DNA from: an uncultured Deinococcaceae bacterium
GTDB lineage: Bacteria > Deinococcota > Deinococci > Deinococcales > Deinococcaceae
Direction: 5' to 3'
Length of the DNA stretch: 64,000 bases
NCBI GenBank assembly: GCA_964252075.1
Contig: CAXULY010000006.1
Location: forward strand, 32,001 to 96,000
Positions 48,652-57,089 of this stretch are shown here, one piece after another. The notes beneath the pieces are model-generated. The model worked only from the letters and a program-made list of their open reading frames with translations, did no database searches and was not told the origin of the DNA. Position 1 is the stretch's first letter. Each line of letters opens with the position of its first letter. The translations under genes and the position numbers were made by a program.

Positions 48652-49786
48652 GGCGCCCGTGGGTCTGGGCCCACCGCGCGGGGTGCTGCTGGTCGCGCCG
48701 CCGGCCTCCCGGCGGGTGCGGGCGTTCCAGGAGACCCTGCGGGTGCACGGCTGGCCGCCCGCGCGGGTGGTGCCGTACCTCGACCTGCTGAGGGGAAACG
48801 CGCGCCTCCAGGACCTGGTGCGCCCCGGTGACGTGGTGCGGCTGGAGTCGCCCGGTGAGGACATCGGGACGGAGCGGGCCCTGCTGGACCACGGGGGCGG
48901 CCTGGGGAGCGAGGGCGCCGCCCTGGACCTGACTGGTGGCGAGGTGCTGCCCACCCGTACGTGGTACCGCGGCTTCCATCGCCTGCTGACCGCCCTCGAC
49001 GACGACCTCCGCCTGGCGCCCCCCCACGGGCGCATGCAGGCGGTGCCGGAGGTCCTGGCGATGTTCGACAAGCGCGTCACGCACGGTCGCCTGCAGCGGG
49101 CGGGGGTGCCCGTACCCGAGGCATTGGAGGAAGTCCGCTCGGCGGAGGACCTCCTGGACGCCCTGCGCGCGCGCGGGTGGCGGAGGGCCTTCGTGAAGCT
49201 CGCGCACGGGTCGAGCGCGTCGGGCGCCCTGGCGCTGGAGATCGGAGGGGAGCGGGTGCAGGCCACCACCACGGTGGAGGCCGTGCCCACGCCGGGCGGC
49301 CTGCGCCTGTTCAACTCGCGGCGCCTGCGGCGGGTGCGCGGCTGGGGGGAGGTGCGCGCGCTGATTGACGCGCTCGCGCCGCAGGGCCTGCACGTGGAGC
49401 GCTGGGTGCCGAAGGCGGGCTGGGCGGGGCGCCCATTCGACCTGCGGGTGGTGGTGATCGCGGGGCGGGCGCGGCACGTGCTGGTGCGCCTGGGGCGCGG
49501 CAGCATGACGAACCTGCACCTCGGCGGGGACCGCGGGGACTGGGACGCCGTGCGCGCCCGCCTGGGGGAGGACCGCTGGCGCGCCGTGCGCGGCAGTTGC
49601 GAGGCGGCGCTCGCGCGCTTCCCCGGCGCGCTGTACGCGGGGGTGGATGTGCTGATCACGCCGGGCTGGCAGCGGCACGCGGTGCTGGAGGTGAACGCCT
49701 TCGGGGACTACCACCGCGGCGTGCTCTCCGAGGGCCTCGACACCTACGGCGCGGAGTTGCGGGCGCTGCAGGCGGCGCATGCTTGA
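48644..49786 (+). CDS. STM4014-family ATP-grasp protein
   Basis: RLESPG, MFDKR, FVKLAHGSSASG, ERWVPK, DLRVVV, TNLHLGG, GVDVL, LEVNAFGD. Confidence 0.85.
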   Translation: MSEAPVGLGPPRGVLLVAPPASRRVRAFQETLRVHGWPPARVVPYLDLLRGNARLQDLVRPGDVVRLESPGEDIGTERALLDHGGGLGSEGAALDLTGGEVLPTRTWYRGFHRLLTALDDDLRLAPPHGRMQAVPEVLAMFDKRVTHGRLQRAGVPVPEALEEVRSAEDLLDALRARGWRRAFVKLAHGSSASGALALEIGGERVQATTTVEAVPTPGGLRLFNSRRLRRVRGWGEVRALIDALAPQGLHVERWVPKAGWAGRPFDLRVVVIAGRARHVLVRLGRGSMTNLHLGGDRGDWDAVRARLGEDRWRAVRGSCEAALARFPGALYAGVDVLITPGWQRHAVLEVNAFGDYHRGVLSEGLDTYGAELRALQAAHA

Positions 49787-50588
49787 CGTGAACGCCCTGA
49801 TCGGCACGCACGACGTCACGCTGGTCACCCTGGACTGCCTGCGCCTGGACGTGGCGCGGGAGGCGCTGGCGCTGGGCGAGACGCCGAATGTCGCGGCGCT
49901 GCTGGGTGAGGCGGGCTGGGAGGCGCGGCACACGCCGGGCAGCTTCACCTACGCCGCGCATCAGGCTTTCTTCGCGGGTTTCCTGCCCACGCCCGCCCGG
50001 CCGGGGCGCCACCCGCGGCTGTTCGCGGCGCGCTTCGCGGGCAGCGAGACGACCGCGCGCCACACCTTCACCTTCGACGAGGCGACCCTGCCGGAGGCGC
50101 TCGCGGCGCGCGGGTACCACACCCTGTGCGTGGGCGGGGTGGGCTTCTTCAGTGGGCGGACGGCGCTCGGCGCGGCGCTGCCCGCGCTGTTCGCGGAGCG
50201 GCACTGGTCGCCCGCGATGGGCGTGACGGGCGCGCGGTCTGCGGAGTTCCAGTTCCGGCGGGTGGCGCGCTCCCTGGAGGCGCTGGGGTCGGATCAGCGG
50301 GCGTTCGTGTTCGTGAACGTGTCCGCCACCCACCCGCCCACCGTGCAGTACCTGCCGGGCGAGACGCGGGAATCCACCCGGACGCAGGGCGCCGCCCTGC
50401 GCAGCGTGGACGCCGAGCTGCCTACCCTGCTGGATGCCCTGCGGCGCCGGGGGCCGGGCCTCCTGGTCATTTGCGCGGATCACGGCACGTGCTTCGGGGA
50501 CGACGGGTACTGGGGGCACCGGGTCGCTCACCCCGCCGTGTGGACTGTCCCCTATGCTGAGCTGCTGCTCCCCGGAACCCCACCATGA
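49779..50588 (+). CDS. STM4013-family alkaline phosphatase / sulfatase-superfamily hydrolase
   Basis: TLDCLRLD, PGSFTYAAH, ATHPP, ADHG, GHR. Confidence 0.85.
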   Translation: MLDVNALIGTHDVTLVTLDCLRLDVAREALALGETPNVAALLGEAGWEARHTPGSFTYAAHQAFFAGFLPTPARPGRHPRLFAARFAGSETTARHTFTFDEATLPEALAARGYHTLCVGGVGFFSGRTALGAALPALFAERHWSPAMGVTGARSAEFQFRRVARSLEALGSDQRAFVFVNVSATHPPTVQYLPGETRESTRTQGAALRSVDAELPTLLDALRRRGPGLLVICADHGTCFGDDGYWGHRVAHPAVWTVPYAELLLPGTPP

Positions 50589-51913
50589 CCATGACCGCCC
50601 CCCTGCTGGACCACCTGCGCGCCGACCCGTACCGCGCCTACACCTACGCCTACCCGCACAAGACCGCGTACCGCCCGCTCGACCCGCCGGTGCCGCTGCG
50701 CGAGGCGTGGGCGGACGAGGACCGCTCGGCGCTGTTCCTGTACGTGCACATTCCCTTCTGCGAGATGCGCTGCGGCTTCTGCAACCTCTTCACCACGGTG
50801 GGGGCGGGCGAGGCCCTGGAGCGCGCGTACCTGCAGGCCCTGAAGCGGCAGGCGCTGCGCGTGCGGGATGCCCTCGAGGACGCGGCGTTCTCGCGCATCG
50901 CCGTGGGGGGCGGCACCCCGACGTACCTGGAGGCGCCGGAGCTGGAGGGGCTGTTCGACCTGCTGGCGCGCACGTTTCAGGCGGCGCCCGCCGCGCTGCC
51001 CACCTCGGTGGAGACGTCCCCGGCGACCGCCACGCCGGAGCGCCTGCGGGTCCTGCGGGAGCGGGGCGTGCAGCGCGTCAGCATCGGCGTGCAGAGCTTC
51101 GTGGACGCGGAGGTGCGCGGGGTGGGCCGCGCGCAGCGCGGGGCGGTGGTGCACGGGGCGCTGGAGGCGATCCGCGCGGCGGGCCTGCCCACCCTGAACA
51201 TCGACCTGATGTACGGTCTGGCGCACCAGACGCCCGAGACCTGGCTGACATCCCTGCGCACGGCGCTCACGTACCGGCCCGAGGAGCTGTACCTGTACCC
51301 GCTGTACGTGCGGCCCCTGACGGGCATCGGGCGGACGGGCCGCTCCTGGGACGACGAGCGCCTGGAGCTGTACCGCCTGGGCCGGGACCATCTGCGGGCG
51401 AACGGGTACGTGCAGGTGTCCATGCGGATGTTCCGCCGCGCGGACGCGCCCGCGGAGGGCGGGCCCGCGTACCGCTGCCAGACGGACGGCATGGTGGGCC
51501 TCGGGTGCGGCGCGCGCTCGTACACGGGATCGCTGCATTACTCCAGCGAGTACGCGGTGGGCGCGCAGGGCGTGCGGGAGATCCTGGCGTCGTACGTGCG
51601 GCGCGCAGGCGCGGACTTCGACGTGGCGGCGCATGGCATCCAGCTGGGCGAGGACGAGCGGCGGCGCCGCCACGCCCTGCAGTCCCTGCTGCAGGTGGAG
51701 GGCCTCCAGCGGGCGGAATACGCGGCGCAGTTCGGCGCGGACGTGCTGGCCCACCTGCCCCAGTTGCGCGAACTCACCGAGGTGGGCCTGGCGGTGCTCG
51801 ACGGCACGACCCTGCGCCTCACGGACGCGGGCCTGGAGCTCTCCGACGCGATCGGGCCGTGGCTGTACTCGGACGCCGTGCGCGCCCTCTCGGACGGGTA
51901 CGCGTGGCGGTGA
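50585..51913 (+). CDS. STM4012-family HemN-like radical SAM protein
   Basis: YAYPHKTAY, YVHIPFCEMRCGFC, GGGTPT, RVSIGVQSF, NIDLMYG, GLGCGARSY. Confidence 0.9.
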   Translation: MTMTAPLLDHLRADPYRAYTYAYPHKTAYRPLDPPVPLREAWADEDRSALFLYVHIPFCEMRCGFCNLFTTVGAGEALERAYLQALKRQALRVRDALEDAAFSRIAVGGGTPTYLEAPELEGLFDLLARTFQAAPAALPTSVETSPATATPERLRVLRERGVQRVSIGVQSFVDAEVRGVGRAQRGAVVHGALEAIRAAGLPTLNIDLMYGLAHQTPETWLTSLRTALTYRPEELYLYPLYVRPLTGIGRTGRSWDDERLELYRLGRDHLRANGYVQVSMRMFRRADAPAEGGPAYRCQTDGMVGLGCGARSYTGSLHYSSEYAVGAQGVREILASYVRRAGADFDVAAHGIQLGEDERRRRHALQSLLQVEGLQRAEYAAQFGADVLAHLPQLRELTEVGLAVLDGTTLRLTDAGLELSDAIGPWLYSDAVRALSDGYAWR

Positions 51914-52839
51914 CGCGCCACCTGCAGGTGCTGTACCGCGGGCCGCTCTCCAGCTGCAATTACGGCTGCCGCTACTGCCCCTTCGCGAAGCACCACGAGA
52001 CGCCCGAGGAGCACGCGCACGACGCGCAGCAACTCGCGCGTTTCGTGGAGTGGGTGCGCACGCGCGACTTCGAGGTGTCCGTGCTGTTCACCCCGTGGGG
52101 CGAGGCGCTGGTGCGGCGCCGCTACCAGGAGGCGATCACGCAGCTGAGCCACCTCCCGCACGTGCGGCGGGTGGCGATCCAGACGAACCTCTCCGGTCGC
52201 CTGGACTGGCTGGCGGCGGCGGACGTGACGCGCGTGGCCCTGTGGGCGACGTACCACCCCACGGAGACGACCCGGGAGCGCTTCCTGGCGCGCTGCCGGG
52301 AGCTGGACCTCGCGGGCGTGCGGTACAGCGTGGGGACGGTGGGTCTCAGGCGCGCCATCGGCGAGATCGAGGCGCTGCGCGCCGAGTTGCCCGCGCGGGT
52401 GTACCTGTGGGTGAACGCGTACCAGGCGGGACCCGGGTACTACGCACCGGAGGACCTGCGGCGCCTCACGCGGGTGGACCCGCTGTTCGCGGTGAACACC
52501 CGCCGGTACCGCACGCGGGGCCGCGCCTGCGGAGCCGGGGAGACGGCGATCAGCGTAGATGGGGACGGCGTGGCGCGCCGCTGTCACTTCATCGAGCGCC
52601 CCATCGGGAACATCTACGACGCGGCGTTCCTGGAGGCGCTCATGCCCAGGCCGTGCAGCCGCGCGACCTGCTCGTGCCACATCGGGTACGTGCACGTGCC
52701 GGACCTCGGGGTGGCGCGGGCCTTCGGTGAGGGCCTGCTGGAGCGGGTGCCGCAGGACCCCCTGTGGGCGGATGAGGCCCTGCTCGCAGAGGTGCTGGCG
52801 ACCGCGTCAGCCTTCCCGGTCGCGGAGCCGCGCGCGTAG
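51910..52839 (+). CDS. STM4011-family radical SAM protein
   Basis: LYRGPLSSCNYGCRYCPFAK, QTNL, WATYHP; C-terminal Cys cluster CGAG...RCHF...IGNI...C...CSCHIG; GTGA coupling. Confidence 0.88.
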   Translation: MTRHLQVLYRGPLSSCNYGCRYCPFAKHHETPEEHAHDAQQLARFVEWVRTRDFEVSVLFTPWGEALVRRRYQEAITQLSHLPHVRRVAIQTNLSGRLDWLAAADVTRVALWATYHPTETTRERFLARCRELDLAGVRYSVGTVGLRRAIGEIEALRAELPARVYLWVNAYQAGPGYYAPEDLRRLTRVDPLFAVNTRRYRTRGRACGAGETAISVDGDGVARRCHFIERPIGNIYDAAFLEALMPRPCSRATCSCHIGYVHVPDLGVARAFGEGLLERVPQDPLWADEALLAEVLATASAFPVAEPRA

Positions 52840-53481
52840 ATCGCCCAGGTGGCTGAGCGTGAAGTCCGGGCGCCCTGAAAGCTGGGCGGGCCACGCGCGG
52901 CCGCCGCTCAGCCACGCGGCGCACAGGCCCGCGCCCTGCGCGCCGAGCACGTCCGCCTCCGGCTGGTCCCCGACCATCAGGCAGGCTTCGGGGGGCGTGT
53001 TCAGGGCGTGGGCGGCCTGGAGGAACACAGCGGAGTGCGGTTTGCGCGGGCCGCGCGGCGTGCCGACCACCACGGTTTCCAGCAGCGCCCGCAGGCCCGC
53101 ACGGTGCAGTTTCGCGTGCTGCGCGGCGGTCAGGCCGTTGGTGACCGCGCCGACCCGCAGGCCCCGCGCGCGCAGGTCGTGCAGGAGGTCCGCGGCGCCG
53201 CTCGTGGCGCGCGGGCGGGCCCAGAGGTGGCGGTGCACGTCCAGCAGCAGCGCGCCCGCCCCACCGGGCAGAGGAAATTCCCGCGCCAGGGTGGCGGCCA
53301 GCGCGACCCGGTCGCCGCTGCCCTCCGCGTCGAGCTCCAGGTACCGCTCGACATAAGTGCCCCGGCATTCCTGCGAAATCCCCAGGCGTTCCATGTGTCC
53401 GGTCAGGAACGCCGCCAGCGTGGCGCGGCGGTCGATGAGGGTGCCGTCCACGTCGAAGAGCACCGCCCGGATGCGCGTCAC
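52807..53481 (-). CDS. HAD-family hydrolase / phosphatase
   Basis: LFDVDGTL, VTNG, KP, MVGDQPEADVLGA; GTG start inferred. Confidence 0.88.
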   Translation of the reverse strand: MTRIRAVLFDVDGTLIDRRATLAAFLTGHMERLGISQECRGTYVERYLELDAEGSGDRVALAATLAREFPLPGGAGALLLDVHRHLWARPRATSGAADLLHDLRARGLRVGAVTNGLTAAQHAKLHRAGLRALLETVVVGTPRGPRKPHSAVFLQAAHALNTPPEACLMVGDQPEADVLGAQGAGLCAAWLSGGRAWPAQLSGRPDFTLSHLGDLRARLRDREG

Positions 53482-53485
53482 CCCG

Positions 53486-54493
53486 TCAGGCTTCGATGAC
53501 GGGGTGGTACGCGCCGGGGTCGTCGAAGCCCGCGAGCCACGCGGCCGCGGCGTGGCAGGAGCGGACGGTGGGCGGGACGCGCAGCACGTAGCGCCGGCCG
53601 GTGGACGGGCAACGCACGCACACCGCGACAAAGTCCTCGTCGCCGTTCAGCGGCACGCTCACCAGCTGCCGCTCGCCGCCCGCGTCGCGGTCGCGGTCCA
53701 GCACGCGCGCCCCGACATCGGCGATGAAGCGGTCGTATCCCATGCGCTCCATCATGACGCGGCGCAACTCCACGTTCTGCGTGGCGAGGACCTCCTCCCC
53801 CGTGATGCCTTCGGGGTGGAAGGCGACGCGCTCATCCACCCGCACGCCCCGCCAGCGCAGGGGCGCGCGGACGGTGTCCGGCAGGGCGCTCAGTCCGGTC
53901 GCGGCGACGTCCACCCACGCGCTGACCTGCAGGTGCTCGGGCAGGGCCGTCAGGCCGACGCAGCCGCTGAGGTCCAGCTGCGCGACCTGCTCCAGCCAGT
54001 CCGGCAGCGCGCGCAGGCTCAGGCAGTCGCGGGCGATGAGGTGCCCGAAGCGCACCCGGCCGCGCTCAGGCCAGCGGGCGAAGGCCTCGCAGCCCGTGAG
54101 GTTCAGGAAGTGCACGTCCAGCCCCTCGGGCAGCGCGGTGAGGACCCGGCAGCGCTGCAGGCTGAGCGCGCCGACCGTGAGGTCGTTGGGGAGGACCTCT
54201 AGGAGCGGGCAGTCGTCGAGCACCAGGCGGTACTTGGCGCGCAGGGTGTCCGGGAGACCGCGCAGGGGCAGGTCGCGGGCGATCAGCTCGTCGCACTGCA
54301 GGTGCTCGGGGAGCTGGGTGAGGTGCGCGCAGCCGCTCACGTCGAGTCGCGCGCAGGTGAGGTGATCCGGGAGGGCGCGCAGGTCCATCTCACCGGACAG
54401 GTCGAGGGGGCCCGTGACGTGCAGGGGACCGCGGACCTGACCGCCCAGCAGGGCGGCGCGGGCCTGCGCGGCGGGGAGGACGTGGGGCGTCAC
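53486..54493 (-). CDS. LRR protein with a C-terminal DUF6745-like domain
   Basis: Repeated LxLxxCxxLxxLP units; WRGV.V, NVELRRVMMERMG, V.CPSTGRRY.LRVPP....AAAW. Confidence 0.8.
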   Translation of the reverse strand: MTPHVLPAAQARAALLGGQVRGPLHVTGPLDLSGEMDLRALPDHLTCARLDVSGCAHLTQLPEHLQCDELIARDLPLRGLPDTLRAKYRLVLDDCPLLEVLPNDLTVGALSLQRCRVLTALPEGLDVHFLNLTGCEAFARWPERGRVRFGHLIARDCLSLRALPDWLEQVAQLDLSGCVGLTALPEHLQVSAWVDVAATGLSALPDTVRAPLRWRGVRVDERVAFHPEGITGEEVLATQNVELRRVMMERMGYDRFIADVGARVLDRDRDAGGERQLVSVPLNGDEDFVAVCVRCPSTGRRYVLRVPPTVRSCHAAAAWLAGFDDPGAYHPVIEA

Positions 54494-54496
54494 GCG

Positions 54497-54796
54497 TCAG
54501 TCCACCACGCGCCGGATGACTTCGGGGCTGTACTCGCGCTGCATCCACACCCGGTAGGTGCCGCGCAGCAAGGTGATGGTGCGGTGCTCCTCGTGGATGA
54601 GGTCGGCGTGGTCGTGCATCACCTGCACGAACAGGTCGCCGCCCGCCTGCCGGAGCTGCACGGCAGCGGGCGTGGCGAAGCGGTGGCTGTGCCCGGTGCT
54701 CTCCCCGCGGGCCAATGTGTGTCCGGGCAGTTCGTGCGCGGCGGGTGGGGCGCCCTCGACCAGGGCGAGCAGAACGTCTCCGTGACGGTACAACAT
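54497..54796 (-). CDS. Small His-rich conserved hypothetical protein (RHGDV...GE.TGH.H...HEEH...QREY)
   Basis: AAAGGAG RBS; motif pattern of the small proteins I recall pairing with DUF6745 genes. Confidence 0.8.
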   Translation of the reverse strand: MLYRHGDVLLALVEGAPPAAHELPGHTLARGESTGHSHRFATPAAVQLRQAGGDLFVQVMHDHADLIHEEHRTITLLRGTYRVWMQREYSPEVIRRVVD

Positions 54797-54825
54797 GCAG
54801 CTCCTTTCAGATCAGACAAGCGAGA

Positions 54826-54842
54826 TTACGCCGTTAGCGTAA
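54826..54842. promoter_or_regulatory. RDRM-like (DdrO operator) 17-bp palindrome TTACGCCGTTAGCGTAA
   Basis: TTACGC-N5-GCGTAA overlaps the -10 (TACGCT, 54836-54841) of a minus-strand promoter with TTGACA at 54860-54865. Confidence 0.78.
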
Positions 54843-54978
54843 TTGCTTGGGCGATGCGCTGTCAACCACGGGACTCCATGAACACATCTGTCCTCCCCCG
54901 ACCACTTCCCTCTATGTCCATGAAAATTTCCCAGCCAGAAGTGGGTTGACCGCCAGGAACCCTGTGGCGCAGCGCGGC

Positions 54979-55033
54979 TTGACAAAAGAACGCCTGGCTC
55001 CTACTGTGGCTTAACTTCAATCACTGAATAAAG
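54979..55033 (+). promoter_or_regulatory. sigma70-type promoter with a putative ROK operator
   Basis: TTGACA(54979)-N17-TACTGT(55002); AT-rich imperfect palindrome TTAACTTCAATCACTGAATAAAG at 55011-55033. Confidence 0.7.
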
Positions 55034-55041
55034 AAAGGGGC

Positions 55042-56235
55042 GTGGTGCGTAACCTTCGCGGCAACGATCAGAGCGTCGTCCGGGTCCTCAACCGCAACGC
55101 GGTCCTCAACCTCCTGCACCGGGAAGGACCGCTCAGCCGCGTGCAGCTCAAGACCCTCGCGGGCCTCAGCGGCGCCGCCATCAGCGGCGTGGTCAGCGAC
55201 CTCATCAACGCGCACCTCATCGAGGAGGTCTCGCTGGGCTCCTCCACTGGCGGCCGCCCACCCGTGATGCTCGCCGTGAAGTACAAAGCGCACGCCGCCA
55301 TCGGCATCAAGGTCCGTGACCGCTCCCTCACCGCCGTCCTGACGGACCTCAACGGCGCAATCGGCGCCACCCGCACCGTCACCCTGCCCGACAGTGAACC
55401 GCGCACCGTCGTCACGTCCGCCACGCGCACCGCCCGCGCGCTGCTGCGCGGTCACGCGCAACCACAGTCGCGCCTGGTGGGCGTCGGCGTCGGCCTGCCC
55501 GGCGTGATCGACACCGCGCGGGGCGTGTGCGTGCACTCCACGTACCTGGGGTGGCGCGACGTGCCGCTCGCCGCCATGCTCGGCGACGCGCTCGGCGCGC
55601 CCGTCGTGATAGACAACGACGTGAACGCCTTCGCGACCGCCGAGCGGCTGTTCGGGCACGGTCGGGCCGCCACGCACTTCGCGGTCATCACCGTCGGGCG
55701 CGGCATCGGGGCGGGCCTCATCCTGAACGGCCAGCGGTACGGTGGGCGGGACGGCGGCGCCGGCGAGTTCGGGCACACCATCACCGAACCGGACGGCCTG
55801 CGCTGCGAGTGCGGGCGGCGCGGCTGCCTGGAAGCGTACGCGTCCGAACCGGCGCTCGTGCGCCGCGCGCAGACGGACCTGCCCGACCTGGGCATCGACA
55901 GCGTCGAGGCGCTCCTCGCGCAGCAGGACGACGCGCGCGTGCGGGCGCTCCTCGCGGACGCCGGGCGGCGCGTCGGCGTGCAGCTCGCGAACCTCGTGAA
56001 CCTCCTGAACCCCGAACTGATCGTGATTGGCGGGGAGGGCGTGCGCCTCGGCGAGGCGTACTTCACGCCGCTGCGCGAGGCGGCCCTCGCGGGCGCCTTC
56101 GACGGCCTGGGCCGCGACCTGCCCATCCAGGTGGAGCCGTGGGGTGATGACGCGTGGGCGCGTGGCGCGGCCAGCCTGGCCTTCAACCACCTGTACGACG
56201 TGGAGGTGATGACCCCGTGTACGACCGCGGATTGA
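55042..56235 (+). CDS. ROK-family transcriptional repressor
   Basis: N-terminal HTH, GGRPP, DNDVNA, GEFGH, CECGRRGCLE. Confidence 0.93.
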   Translation: MVRNLRGNDQSVVRVLNRNAVLNLLHREGPLSRVQLKTLAGLSGAAISGVVSDLINAHLIEEVSLGSSTGGRPPVMLAVKYKAHAAIGIKVRDRSLTAVLTDLNGAIGATRTVTLPDSEPRTVVTSATRTARALLRGHAQPQSRLVGVGVGLPGVIDTARGVCVHSTYLGWRDVPLAAMLGDALGAPVVIDNDVNAFATAERLFGHGRAATHFAVITVGRGIGAGLILNGQRYGGRDGGAGEFGHTITEPDGLRCECGRRGCLEAYASEPALVRRAQTDLPDLGIDSVEALLAQQDDARVRALLADAGRRVGVQLANLVNLLNPELIVIGGEGVRLGEAYFTPLREAALAGAFDGLGRDLPIQVEPWGDDAWARGAASLAFNHLYDVEVMTPCTTAD

Positions 56236-57089
56236 GGCGCTACGCGACCCTCACGCTGTTCCTCGGGCCGGCGCTGGTGGGCGCGGCGGCGTTCCTGATC
56301 GGCCCGATCCTGTCGTCGCTGCTGCTGGCCTTCACGCACTGGGACCTGCTGACGCCCGCACGCTTCGCGGGCCTCGCAAACTTCACGGCGCTGGCGCGCG
56401 ACCCGGAGTTCTGGGCGGCGCTCACGCACACCCTGGGGTTCATCGCGGGGTACGTGCCGGGCGTGATGCTGCTGGGGTTGCTGGTCGCGGTGGCGCTGAA
56501 CAGCCGCGTGCCGGGGCGCTCCCTGTTCCGCGCGGTGTACTTCGTGCCGGTGGTGACGTCCTGGGTGGCGGTGGGGCTGGTGTGGAAGTGGCTCCTGAAC
56601 CCCAGTTACGGCCTCTTCAATGCGGGCCTCGGCGTCCTCGGCGTGGTGGGGCCCGCGTGGCTGTTCGACGCGCGCTGGGCGATGCCCGCCGTGATCCTCA
56701 CGAGCCTCTGGAAGGACACCGGCTTCGTCATGACGATCCTGCTGGCGGGCCTGCAGGGCGTTCCCGAGGAGTACCGCGAGGCCGCCAGCATCGACGGCGC
56801 CAGCGGCGCGCAGCAGCTGTGGTTCATCACGCTGCCGCTGCTCGCGCCATCCCTGGTGTTCGCGCTCACCATCAGCCTCATCAATTCCTTTCAGGTGTTC
56901 GACCAGGTGTACGTCATGACGGGCGGCGGACCCGCCGGGGCAACCACCGTGCTGATCGAGCGGGTGGTGAAGCACGCGTTCAGCTACAACCAGATGGGGT
57001 ACGCCTCCGCGATGTCGTGGGTGCTGTTCGCGCTGGTGTTCCTCACGTCGACGGTCCTCACGCGGCTGCGCGGGCGGTGGTCGGCGTGA
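56217..57089 (+). CDS. Carbohydrate ABC transporter permease 1
   Basis: EAASIDGA loop, ITLPLL, GYASA; GTG start inferred. Confidence 0.9.
   Translation: MYDRGLRRYATLTLFLGPALVGAAAFLIGPILSSLLLAFTHWDLLTPARFAGLANFTALARDPEFWAALTHTLGFIAGYVPGVMLLGLLVAVALNSRVPGRSLFRAVYFVPVVTSWVAVGLVWKWLLNPSYGLFNAGLGVLGVVGPAWLFDARWAMPAVILTSLWKDTGFVMTILLAGLQGVPEEYREAASIDGASGAQQLWFITLPLLAPSLVFALTISLINSFQVFDQVYVMTGGGPAGATTVLIERVVKHAFSYNQMGYASAMSWVLFALVFLTSTVLTRLRGRWSA

Noticed and set aside
50585..51913. Calling the HemN-like gene hemN/hemW (heme synthesis)
   Set aside because: The YAYPHKTAY N-terminus and operon context indicate the STM4012-type family; there are no heme genes nearby.
24783..52839. Apparent long N-terminal extensions or fusions in the ORF track (24783..26903, 30123..32321, 50434..52839, 40532..41641)
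   Set aside because: The extensions overlap upstream genes in another frame; the real starts are the coupled ATG/GTG codons at 25794, 30957, 51910 and 40805.
47731..52839. RiPP cluster interpretation (ATP-grasp plus radical SAM)
   Set aside because: No credible precursor peptide, RRE, protease or exporter was found adjacent; not excluded but unsupported.
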